Source: Candidatus Leptofilum sp.
GTDB taxonomy: Bacteria; Chloroflexota; Anaerolineae; Promineifilales; Promineifilaceae
NCBI RefSeq assembly: GCF_965223285.1
Contig: NZ_OZ244997.1
Span: 3,919,150-3,983,149 of the forward strand
Reading direction: 5' to 3'
DNA: 64,000 bases
The notes below the pieces were generated by a model that was not told the DNA's origin, did not search any database, and saw only the letters and a list, made by a program, of their open reading frames with translations. Below are positions 57,099 through 64,000 of the stretch, in pieces. A program made the position numbers and the translations under genes. Within the stretch, counting starts at the first letter, position 1. Each line of letters begins with the position of its first letter.

Positions 57099-57121
57099 TG
57101 ACAATTGGGAAGCTATTCTGT

Positions 57122-57150
57122 TTGACAAAGTTAAAAATAGATCGTATATT
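57122..57150 (+). promoter_or_regulatory. Near-consensus sigma70 promoter
   Basis: TTGACA (57122-57127), a 17-nt spacer, then TATATT (57145-57150), in an AT-rich block. Confidence 0.55.
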
Positions 57151-57219
57151 TCAATTAGATAATTATTAAATTAAATAATCAAGAAATGATTTTGAAAACT
57201 TCAAAGCAAGAGGTTGACC

Positions 57220-57474
57220 ATGTCTATGAAAGCATATGAGGAAATATTTGCGTCAGATTTGTCTGAGGCCGACAAAATTGCCAAAGGATTTCACCACATC
57301 ATTAGCACCATCATTACCCACAGCCAGAACGAGATTGAGCTGCTCAAGGCGATGAACGACCGGGAACATCTGATCAAAGAGCAGATCAAATTGAGCACAA
57401 TCCAACACGCCAAGAGCATTTTTGAGATGGCCTACCAGCGGGCTACCGGCAAAAGGAGTCAAAGCAGTGAGTAA
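57220..57474 (+). CDS. Small helical hypothetical protein
   Basis: AGAGG RBS 7 nt before the ATG. Its stop overlaps the GTG start of the ArsR gene (GTGAGTAA). Confidence 0.5.
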   Translation: MSMKAYEEIFASDLSEADKIAKGFHHIISTIITHSQNEIELLKAMNDREHLIKEQIKLSTIQHAKSIFEMAYQRATGKRSQSSE

Positions 57475-58036
57475 ATCAACGGCCGAGCTCAATCTGGAAG
57501 AACGCGCCCAACTGTTCAAAGCGTTGGGCCATCCGGCGCGGCTGCTGATGATGAACCTCATCCAGCAAAAACCGCGTCATGGCGAAGAGCTGGCCGCGAT
57601 TTTGAACCTGAAGCCTGCCACCGTCTCCCATCACCTCAGTAAACTGGCAGAAGCTGGCCTGCTGACGTCTACCAAGGACCAGTATTACCAGATTTATTCG
57701 TTGGTGGGGGATGTGCTCAAGAAGCCGCTGGGGGAAGTAATTCGTTTGTCTCAGCTCAGTCTAACGGCCAAAGTTCAAACCGATGCTTATAAGCAAAAGG
57801 TGCTCAACACCTTCTTTAAGCGGGGCCGACTGATTCGCTTGCCTGCCCAGCTTAAAAAGCTCCAGGTCATTCTGGAACTCATCGTGCAGGAGTTTGAGCC
57901 AGATCGGGAATACACAGAAAAAGAGGTCAACTTCATCCTGCTCGACTTTCACGAAGATGTGGCCACCCTGCGCCGCTCCCTCATCGATCATAGCCTGATG
58001 ACCCGCAGCGGTGGTATCTACCGTCGTCTGGACTAA
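57467..58036 (+). CDS. ArsR-family HTH regulator fused to DUF2087
   Basis: LFKALGHPARLLMMNLI....HGEELAAILNLKPATVSHHLSKLAEAGLL, then the C-terminal FKRGRLIRLPAQLKK...EYTEKEVNFIL...DVATLRRSLID. Confidence 0.8.
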   Translation: MSKSTAELNLEERAQLFKALGHPARLLMMNLIQQKPRHGEELAAILNLKPATVSHHLSKLAEAGLLTSTKDQYYQIYSLVGDVLKKPLGEVIRLSQLSLTAKVQTDAYKQKVLNTFFKRGRLIRLPAQLKKLQVILELIVQEFEPDREYTEKEVNFILLDFHEDVATLRRSLIDHSLMTRSGGIYRRLD

Positions 58037-58071
58037 GAAAGAGGTTCAACTTCTGGCAAAAGTTGAACTTC

Positions 58072-58566
58072 TTAAAATGGCAGTTCGGTACCCTGCGCCG
58101 GGCTGGTTTTCCGGCGTACCAGGGCAATGATGCCCGCGCCCAGGCCAATGAGCAGCAAGATGGGCGCGACGACAAACCAACCCAGCAGCGGCACCAATCC
58201 TCCAGCGATGAGCAGCACGGCCGTTTTCAACCCCACCTTCACCCCCTCATCCTTCGGATACAGACGGGTTTGGACGATCTGATTAATAGCTGATAGGCCA
58301 ACGGCCGTAACCGCCAGCAGCAGCAGAAAAATGATCGCCGCAATGAGGCCACCCAACTCCCCACCCTGAGAAAAGATCGCAATCAATACACCAAAAAAGA
58401 GGAAGTTCACCAGCCCAATGACAAACGAACGCCCCGGACTGTTCTTTGCCACCTGCTGCGCCCGCGCTACGCGCCCTGGCAGCAAAGCAGGCAGCAGCAC
58501 CAGCAGCGCAGCCAGCGTCCCCCAGCTAAACAAAACGATGATTGTAAGTTGTAGCCCTTCAGCCAT
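58072..58566 (-). CDS. Small polytopic membrane protein, third gene of an ECF operon
   Basis: Four hydrophobic helices, downstream of the sigma/anti-sigma pair on the same strand. Confidence 0.55.
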   Translation of the reverse strand: MAEGLQLTIIVLFSWGTLAALLVLLPALLPGRVARAQQVAKNSPGRSFVIGLVNFLFFGVLIAIFSQGGELGGLIAAIIFLLLLAVTAVGLSAINQIVQTRLYPKDEGVKVGLKTAVLLIAGGLVPLLGWFVVAPILLLIGLGAGIIALVRRKTSPAQGTELPF

Positions 58567-58671
58567 GTGAACCTCCCGTGGGACGGTAATGTCGCAGAGC
58601 GACCGCTTCGCGACCAGTAATCGGTAAGTCAGTAATCAGTAAAATCTCTTTAATCTCTTTGACCTCTGTGG

Positions 58672-59214
58672 CTAATCAGATGTAAACATGAGGCGGTTGC
58701 CTGCTAGCCAAACGACGAGTGCCAGGCCGAACAGCAACGCCCACTGTGCGGTGGGCAAATCAAAGATGAGATTGGGCAAGGCAGGCTGCTGCCAAACGGC
58801 CGTTACCCCCGCCCAAAATTCATTCAACCAACTCAGTGTGGACAGTTGCAAGGTAGCAAACCAATCTATGGCGATGGCACGGCCGTTTCCCCACCAAGCC
58901 AGCAGCGACGACCACACATTCCCTAGCAAAAGCAGGGCAATGGCTACCTGCCCCAGCATCAAGCCCCACAGCCAGCGCGGCAGTCGAGCAACGGCCGTTT
59001 CTTGCCCAATTTCTGCCACCACCCGCGCTGATAAATCAGTTGCCAGCGGCAGCTCCGGCAGGGCATCCAGGTCGCTAAACAACGCTTCCAGCTCGGCTAG
59101 CCGCGCCCGCGCCTCTGGCGAATTAGCCAGATGGGCTTCAATAGCCTGCCGAGTTTGCTCATCCAGCGTGCCATCTAGATATTCATGCAGTAAATCTTCG
59201 TCAAACTCTTTCAT
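58672..59214 (-). CDS. Anti-sigma factor (no Cys zinc finger)
   Basis: LLHEYLDGTLDEQTRQAIEAHLANSPEARARLAELE followed by TM helices. It starts 2 nt after the sigma gene stop. Confidence 0.7.
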   Translation of the reverse strand: MKEFDEDLLHEYLDGTLDEQTRQAIEAHLANSPEARARLAELEALFSDLDALPELPLATDLSARVVAEIGQETAVARLPRWLWGLMLGQVAIALLLLGNVWSSLLAWWGNGRAIAIDWFATLQLSTLSWLNEFWAGVTAVWQQPALPNLIFDLPTAQWALLFGLALVVWLAGNRLMFTSD

Positions 59215-59216
59215 GG

Positions 59217-59798
59217 TTAAGCACTCTCTTTCATCTTCTCTGCCAGCATCTTTCTTGCCCGAAACAGATCGCTTTTGACGCTGCTGAGCGGCCGTTCCAT
59301 CATCGCAGCCATTTCATCATAGCTCAGCTCCTGAAAATGGCGCAGCTCAATGGCGACACGATAGCGCGGCGGCAGAGCCAAAATCGCCTGATGCAACTGG
59401 GTCGATTGTTCGGCGCGAACCAACGTTTGTTCTGGCGATGGGGCTGATTGCGCCCAATCATCCAGGCTCACGGGCTGGTCATTCCGCGACATATCGGCGG
59501 CCAATAACTGCGTTTTGGCTCTGGATGATTCCAGCCAGTTTAAACATAAATTGGTGGTGATGCGCTTGATCCAAGGGGCAAACGGCCGTCCCAATTCAAA
59601 CCTGTCCAACGCCCGATACGCCCGCAAAAACGCTTCCTGGGCAGCATCCTCCGCCTCTACCCGTCGACCCAACAGACGATACGCGGTGTTGAACACGGCC
59701 GTTTGGTAACGACGCACCAGCTCTCCATACGCGGCAGCGCTGGTTTCGTCTTTCTGCCTGGCCTGTTGCAGCAGGTGCTGCTCATCTGTCAGCGTCAT
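59217..59798 (-). CDS. ECF sigma-70 factor
   Basis: LVRRYQTAVFNTAYRLLGRRVEAEDAAQEAFLRAY and IELRHFQELSYDEMAAMMERPLSSVKSDLFRARK. Start set at the ATG at 59798 (the track start is 59846). Confidence 0.88.
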   Translation of the reverse strand: MTLTDEQHLLQQARQKDETSAAAYGELVRRYQTAVFNTAYRLLGRRVEAEDAAQEAFLRAYRALDRFELGRPFAPWIKRITTNLCLNWLESSRAKTQLLAADMSRNDQPVSLDDWAQSAPSPEQTLVRAEQSTQLHQAILALPPRYRVAIELRHFQELSYDEMAAMMERPLSSVKSDLFRARKMLAEKMKESA

Positions 59799-60009
59799 GG
59801 TTTGCGTCCTACCAGAGTGTACCGGAAACTGCCCAAAAAGTTGCAAAGCGCAAGAAAGTACCAGAATTTATACGAAGGCACGAAGAATGAAAGGAACGAA
59901 GCGTCTGTTTATCAGGCCTCCTTTGTTTCTCTGTTCCTTCGTTTCTTCGTCTAAAATATTTTACCTTTTCATGCTTCACCAAACGGCCGTTCCCCGGTAC
60001 AATTCCTGC

Positions 60010-60747
60010 ATGTTCACCTATCTAAACCCAGCGTCCCGTATTTGGCTTATCGCCTTGCTCATCATGTGGGCTGCGCTGCTGTTTGGTGGGTTCCTGTTTG
60101 GTTCCGCCGATTCCAGCCAACGAATGCCCAAATGGGCCCGACTCAGTTCCTCTGCCGTACTGGTGCTGGCTGGCTGGAGCTGGTTTTTCATTACCCGCCA
60201 AAACGAGGTCAACAGCTTTGTGCTGTGGCTGGCCATCGGCATGACCTTTGGCTTTCTGGGCGATCTGTTTATGGCAGGCGTCCTGCCCGGCGGCCGGAAC
60301 GTGTTGGGCGGCATGGCCGCCTTTGGCCTCGGCCACGTTGCCTACATCATCGGCATTTGGCGGTTTGGCAACCAGATTGGTTTAACCGACGGTACGACCC
60401 GCTGGGGCAGCCTCATTGTTTGGTGGATGATTGGGGCTGCCGCCTGGTATTTTGTCGTTTATCGTGGCCAGCAGCCCACCACGCTGCACCAAGCCACGCT
60501 GCCCTATGCGCTGCTGCTGGCCAGCACGGCGGGCGTAGCGACCAGCCTGGCAATTCAGCAAGGTCAATTTACTTGGCTGGCCATCGGAGCTGCCCTCTTC
60601 CTCATCAGCGATTTGATCATTGCCACTCAACTGTTTAACGGCACCAGCTTTTACTTAATTGGGGATGTGATTTGGCTTACTTATGGTCCTGGTCAGATGC
60701 TGATTGTGTTCAGTGCGGCAACGGCCGTTTCCCTCTTCGGCCAATAA
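60010..60747 (+). CDS. YhhN / lysoplasmalogenase-family membrane protein
   Basis: About 8 TM helices with FGFLGDLFM and AFGLGHVAYI motifs. The start is trimmed to the ATG at 60010. Confidence 0.7.
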   Translation: MFTYLNPASRIWLIALLIMWAALLFGGFLFGSADSSQRMPKWARLSSSAVLVLAGWSWFFITRQNEVNSFVLWLAIGMTFGFLGDLFMAGVLPGGRNVLGGMAAFGLGHVAYIIGIWRFGNQIGLTDGTTRWGSLIVWWMIGAAAWYFVVYRGQQPTTLHQATLPYALLLASTAGVATSLAIQQGQFTWLAIGAALFLISDLIIATQLFNGTSFYLIGDVIWLTYGPGQMLIVFSAATAVSLFGQ

Positions 60748-60827
60748 ACAAGTAAGAACCCACATACATACCCCATCTAAAGTACATGCAGGAAAAATTG
60801 ACGCGAGTCCGTTTATCTTTTTCTAAC

Positions 60828-60855
60828 TTGACTCGCGCAATCGCTTTGCTATACT
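60828..60855 (+). promoter_or_regulatory. Promoter of the cysteine operon leader
   Basis: TTGACT (60828-60833), a 16-nt spacer, then an extended -10 TGCTATACT (60847-60855). Confidence 0.6.
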
Positions 60856-60970
60856 CGCAAATGATTCAACAGTAAGCTAGTTGCGCCTGACCCGAACAAT
60901 GCCCAATTGCGGCGCAGCTTGCCAACAAAAGTGTGATAATGATGATTGGACAATATTGCAGGTGTATTGA

Positions 60971-61121
60971 GCGAGGGTGCTAACCACCGTTTGAGAACCT
61001 GAAAAAGTTTCTACAAGCGCATTCATGCGCAAACGGTCGGTAGCTACCCTCGCGAAGCAACAATGAGCATTGTTTTGCTCTCCTTGTTGTCTCGCCAGCT
61101 AATTAGCTGCGACCGTTTTTT
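60971..61121 (+). promoter_or_regulatory. Structured 5' leader ending in an intrinsic terminator (candidate riboswitch/attenuator) upstream of cysM
   Basis: Long-range stem GCGAGGGTGCTA (60971-60982) / TAGCTACCCTCGC (61041-61053). Inner stem CCGTTTG (60987-60993) / CAAACGG (61030-61036). Local hairpins. Terminator at 61092-61112 followed by TTTTTT (61116-61121). Confidence 0.5.
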
Positions 61122-61178
61122 GTTGGGTAGTAATCTGCTACCCCTGTATTAGAAACAATTTCAGGAACACCTACAATT

Positions 61179-62129
61179 ATGTTGTCAACAATAGAAAACA
61201 CACGTCCCCTTTCATCCGTCACCACGTCTGCCAATCGTTTAGAAGATCAGGTTGGGAACACGCCGCTGATTCGCTTGTGGAATACGGCCGTTGCTCACCA
61301 CATCCCCAATACCGTTGCCATCTATGCTAAAGCAGAATGGTTTAACCCCAGCGGCTCCGTCAAAGACCGGGCTGCTCTCAATATCATCCGCACAGCCGAA
61401 GAAAATGGACAGCTAAAGCCTGGCATGACCTTGCTAGACTCAACCTCTGGCAACATGGGCATTGCTTACGCCATGCTCGGCGCGGCGCGCGGCTACCAAA
61501 TCAAGCTCACCTTACCCAGCAACGCCAGCCCCGAGCGCATCGCCATCCTCAAAGCGTACGGTGCAGAACTCATTCTTACTGATCCGCTAGAAGGTTCCGA
61601 CGGGGCGATTTTGGTAGCCCGGGAATTGGCTGCTGCCGATCCCACACTCTACTACGCGAACCAATACAACAATTCAGCTAACTGGCAGGCGCACACCAAA
61701 ACCACTGCCCCAGAAATTTGGCAGCAAACAGACGGCCAAATCACTCATTTTGTGGCCGGTTTAGGCACCAGCGGCACTTTCACTGGTACCACCCGTCGCT
61801 TGAAGCAGTTTAATCCGAACATTAGCACGGTGGCCATGCAGCCGGATGGCCCTTTTCATGGCCTTGAAGGGCTAAAGCATATGCCTTCTGCGCTCAAGCC
61901 AGGTATTTATGACGAGGGCGTGCCAGACGAGCAGGTAACTGTTCGTACCGAAGACGCTCACAAAATGGCACACTTTTTGGCGCGTAATGAAGGACTGTTT
62001 GTGGGCATTTCTGCCGCCGCGGCCGTGGTTGCCAGCCTGAACGTGGCCAAAACGTTAGATGAAGGCGTTGTCGTGACCATCTTGCCCGACAATGGCTTCA
62101 AATATTTGAGCGATACTTTGTGGCAATAA
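61179..62129 (+). CDS. cysM: CysM-type cysteine synthase (PLP-dependent)
   Basis: GNTPLIRL, NPSGSVKDRAA (PLP Lys), DSTSGNMGIA, GLGTSGTFTG. Confidence 0.9.
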   Translation: MLSTIENTRPLSSVTTSANRLEDQVGNTPLIRLWNTAVAHHIPNTVAIYAKAEWFNPSGSVKDRAALNIIRTAEENGQLKPGMTLLDSTSGNMGIAYAMLGAARGYQIKLTLPSNASPERIAILKAYGAELILTDPLEGSDGAILVARELAAADPTLYYANQYNNSANWQAHTKTTAPEIWQQTDGQITHFVAGLGTSGTFTGTTRRLKQFNPNISTVAMQPDGPFHGLEGLKHMPSALKPGIYDEGVPDEQVTVRTEDAHKMAHFLARNEGLFVGISAAAAVVASLNVAKTLDEGVVVTILPDNGFKYLSDTLWQ

Positions 62130-62162
62130 GAATATCTGCGAAATCTGTGGTTAGAAGAAAAT

Positions 62163-62597
62163 ATGCTGACATTAAGTAAGGAGCTTCACGAGGCAATTAA
62201 AGCGCACGGGCAGGCATCCTATCCGTTTGAGGGTTGTGGCTTGTTGCTGGGGCAGGCTGGGCCAGGCAAAAATGTGGTGCAGCAGATTCGCCCAATGGAG
62301 AATGTGTGGCCCGACGAAGCTGAAAAACCGATTCGCTTCAGCATCGACCCCAATGCGTGGCAGCAGGTGGAGCTAGAAGCAATGATGGCTGGTCTGGACG
62401 TGATTGGCATTTTCCACAGCCACCCAGATGATGTGCCGGTGGCTTCGCCGCGTGATTTAGCTTGGGCTAGCTGGCCGGGCTATTCCTATTTGATTACCCA
62501 GGTGTTAAAAGGCGAACCGACCTACAGCCAGTCATGGCAGCTGGCAGCAGATCGGTCTGGCTTTTTTGAAGAAGAGATTGTTGAAACTGATAACTAA
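62163..62597 (+). CDS. mec: JAMM/MPN+ metalloprotease (Mec+-like)
   Basis: E..G ... HSHPDDVPVASPRD (HxHx7Sx2D). Confidence 0.85.
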   Translation: MLTLSKELHEAIKAHGQASYPFEGCGLLLGQAGPGKNVVQQIRPMENVWPDEAEKPIRFSIDPNAWQQVELEAMMAGLDVIGIFHSHPDDVPVASPRDLAWASWPGYSYLITQVLKGEPTYSQSWQLAADRSGFFEEEIVETDN

Positions 62598-62610
62598 AGG
62601 AGAGTAAACC

Positions 62611-62886
62611 ATGCCTACCATTCGTATTCCTACCCCGCTACGGCCGTATTCTGGCAACAACGCTACCGTCACAGTCAATGGCAATGATGTGAGCAGTGCC
62701 CTAAATGACCTGACACAGCAGTTCCCAGACCTGCGCCAACATCTGTTTGAGGCAGATGAGCTACGCAGCTTTGTCAACATCTACCTGAATCAGGAAGATG
62801 TGCGTTACTTAGATGGCCCAGAAACGGCCGTTGCCGACAACGACACCTTAATGATTATTCCCTCCATTGCCGGTGGCCAAGGTTAA
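62611..62886 (+). CDS. cysO: ThiS/MoaD-fold sulfur carrier CysO, with a GG-QG C-terminus
   Basis: IRIPTPLRPYSG....V...G..V...L..L......L......LR.FVNIYLNQEDVRYL........D.D.L.IIPSIAGGQG resembles mycobacterial CysO. Confidence 0.85.
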   Translation: MPTIRIPTPLRPYSGNNATVTVNGNDVSSALNDLTQQFPDLRQHLFEADELRSFVNIYLNQEDVRYLDGPETAVADNDTLMIIPSIAGGQG

Positions 62887-62904
62887 AGGGATGGAGAAAA
62901 CGAG

Positions 62905-63360
62905 ATGAGCACTCCGAAAGAACGAAAAGTAGATCACTCGGCTTTGCGAGTGAATCAGGCATTTATTATTAGCTTAAGCATTCTGGCGTTCGTGCTGGAC
63001 GCGGTTTGGCTGGCGGCGTTTGTAGGGTTGGTGATGCTGGTGGGAACGGCCGTTCCCCGCCTATCTCTCTTCAAACGCATTTATCAACACGGGCTGCGCC
63101 CCACCGGGCTGGTAAAGCCAGACGTGATTGTTGATAACCCGGAACCGCATCGCTTTGCTCAGGGCTTCGGTGGCGTCGTGGTCGCCCTGGCGGTAATTGC
63201 GCTGGCGGCTGGATTGCCCCTGCTTGGCTGGGGATTGGTCTGGCTGGTGGTTACGCTGGCGGCTCTCAACCTGTTCCTTGGCTTCTGCGCTGGCTGCTTT
63301 GTTTACTACCAACTGAACAAGCTGGGCTTGCCCGGCTTTCGGGTGAAACCGATTCGGTAA
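62905..63360 (+). CDS. DUF4395-like membrane protein
   Basis: VNQAFII...LVGTAVP.LSLFKRIY...FAQGFG....CAGCFVYYQL pattern and 4 TM helices. Confidence 0.6.
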   Translation: MSTPKERKVDHSALRVNQAFIISLSILAFVLDAVWLAAFVGLVMLVGTAVPRLSLFKRIYQHGLRPTGLVKPDVIVDNPEPHRFAQGFGGVVVALAVIALAAGLPLLGWGLVWLVVTLAALNLFLGFCAGCFVYYQLNKLGLPGFRVKPIR

Positions 63361-63427
63361 TCAGTGAGCCAGTAATCACTGTTCAGTTTACTGACCTACT
63401 GAAAACTGATCTCTGAATACTTCAAAA

Positions 63428-63835
63428 ATGATAGAAAGATTACTCATCACAACGATACTCATCATGCTTGGCACGACCGCCTACGCTACCTTTAAGCGGC
63501 GGCATGTGCGGGTGTTGGGCGATATGGAAACGGCTACTTTGGCAGGCTCAGCGCAAGCTATGCCCCAAACGCCCACTATCCTTTACTTTGCCAGCGATAG
63601 CTGCGCCGCCTGCCCCAGCCAGGCACGCTATTTGGAACAACTTTTAGCCGAGTGGCATAATGAGTTGGTCGTGCAAAAAATTGATACCGAGTTGGAACCG
63701 GAAACGGCCGAAAAATACGGCGTTTTCACCTTGCCCACCACGATTCTTATTGACCAGCAAGGCGACGTGCGTGAGATCAATTACGGTCTTACCCATACGC
63801 ACAAACTCACGCAGCAAGTTGCCAACCTGGCCTAA
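63428..63835 (+). CDS. Membrane-anchored thioredoxin-like protein
   Basis: N-terminal TM helix, FASDSCAACPSQ (CxxC), and the PTTILID thioredoxin-fold cis-Pro region. Confidence 0.75.
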   Translation: MIERLLITTILIMLGTTAYATFKRRHVRVLGDMETATLAGSAQAMPQTPTILYFASDSCAACPSQARYLEQLLAEWHNELVVQKIDTELEPETAEKYGVFTLPTTILIDQQGDVREINYGLTHTHKLTQQVANLA

Positions 63836-64000
63836 AATTACATGATTAACACAAATGCTCTTGAAAACATTCAAGCAAAGATTGTAAGACTTACGCACTC
63901 GCCCTAACCAGACTACAAAAGTCTTGGGTCTAATGATGTTAATCCTTGAGAGAATAAGCGTTTTGTAGTCTTCACTGCGTAAGTCCTAGATTAAAAAGGT

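Noticed and set aside
60971-61121. SAM-I (S-box) riboswitch or T-box identity for the cys leader
   Set aside because: I could not find the conserved S-box junction sequences or the T-box core. GAGGGTGCTAACCACCG only superficially resembles a T-box, so the leader is left as unassigned structured RNA.

Overview
This is a 64-kb chromosomal window with about 57 protein-coding genes. I saw no rRNA, tRNA, CRISPR array, transposase or integrase. All homology calls come from motifs I recognise by eye in the ORF translations, and all counts are manual.

Gene content, in order:
- an ECF sigma / anti-sigma / beta-helix membrane protein operon
- two tandem, divergent threonyl-tRNA synthetase genes, the first behind a T-box leader
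- a vapBC toxin-antitoxin pair
- an NlpC/P60 peptidase
- a long minus-strand peptide/nickel-type ABC importer cluster with two permease pairs and an embedded c-type cytochrome
- icd
- a zinc-ribbon membrane orphan, then a trypsin-like protease and an HExxH lipoprotein on the opposite strand
- a replication cluster: DUF151 nuclease, dnaB, a low-GC P-loop insert, a DnaD-like protein and a tandem-duplicated DnaC-like loader
- pgeF, an SDR epimerase, pepA and a GCS2 ligase
- a hemolysin-III protein, a cyclase and a VOC protein
- a MacB-like ABC gene with a LolA/DUF4367-like partner
- a nitroreductase, an AFG1-like ATPase and a YcaQ/AlkZ glycosylase
- two more ECF sigma modules
- a Ham1/ITPase-like protein with a C-terminal effector-associated (death-like) domain
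- recD2, an ArsR-DUF2087 regulator and a YhhN protein
- a cysM-mec-cysO sulfur-carrier cysteine operon

The mix (T-box, DnaD/DnaC-type loaders, RecD2, many ECF/DUF4367 modules) suggests a Chloroflexota-like bacterium, at low confidence.

The most unusual signals are not genes:
1. The 8-bp palindrome ACGGCCGT, often extended to GGAACGGCCGTTCC, occurs roughly 100 times in the window. It is found in all reading frames and in intergenic DNA, and it resembles the cyanobacterial highly iterated palindrome HIP1.
2. Several families of intergenic 'stutter' or hairpin repeats are built from 7-10-nt words. One of them is also embedded in-frame inside recD2.

The best candidate for an undescribed protein system is the Ham1/ITPase-EAD fusion at 52091..52909. 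It may be a nucleotide-degrading effector of an NTPase-based conflict system.
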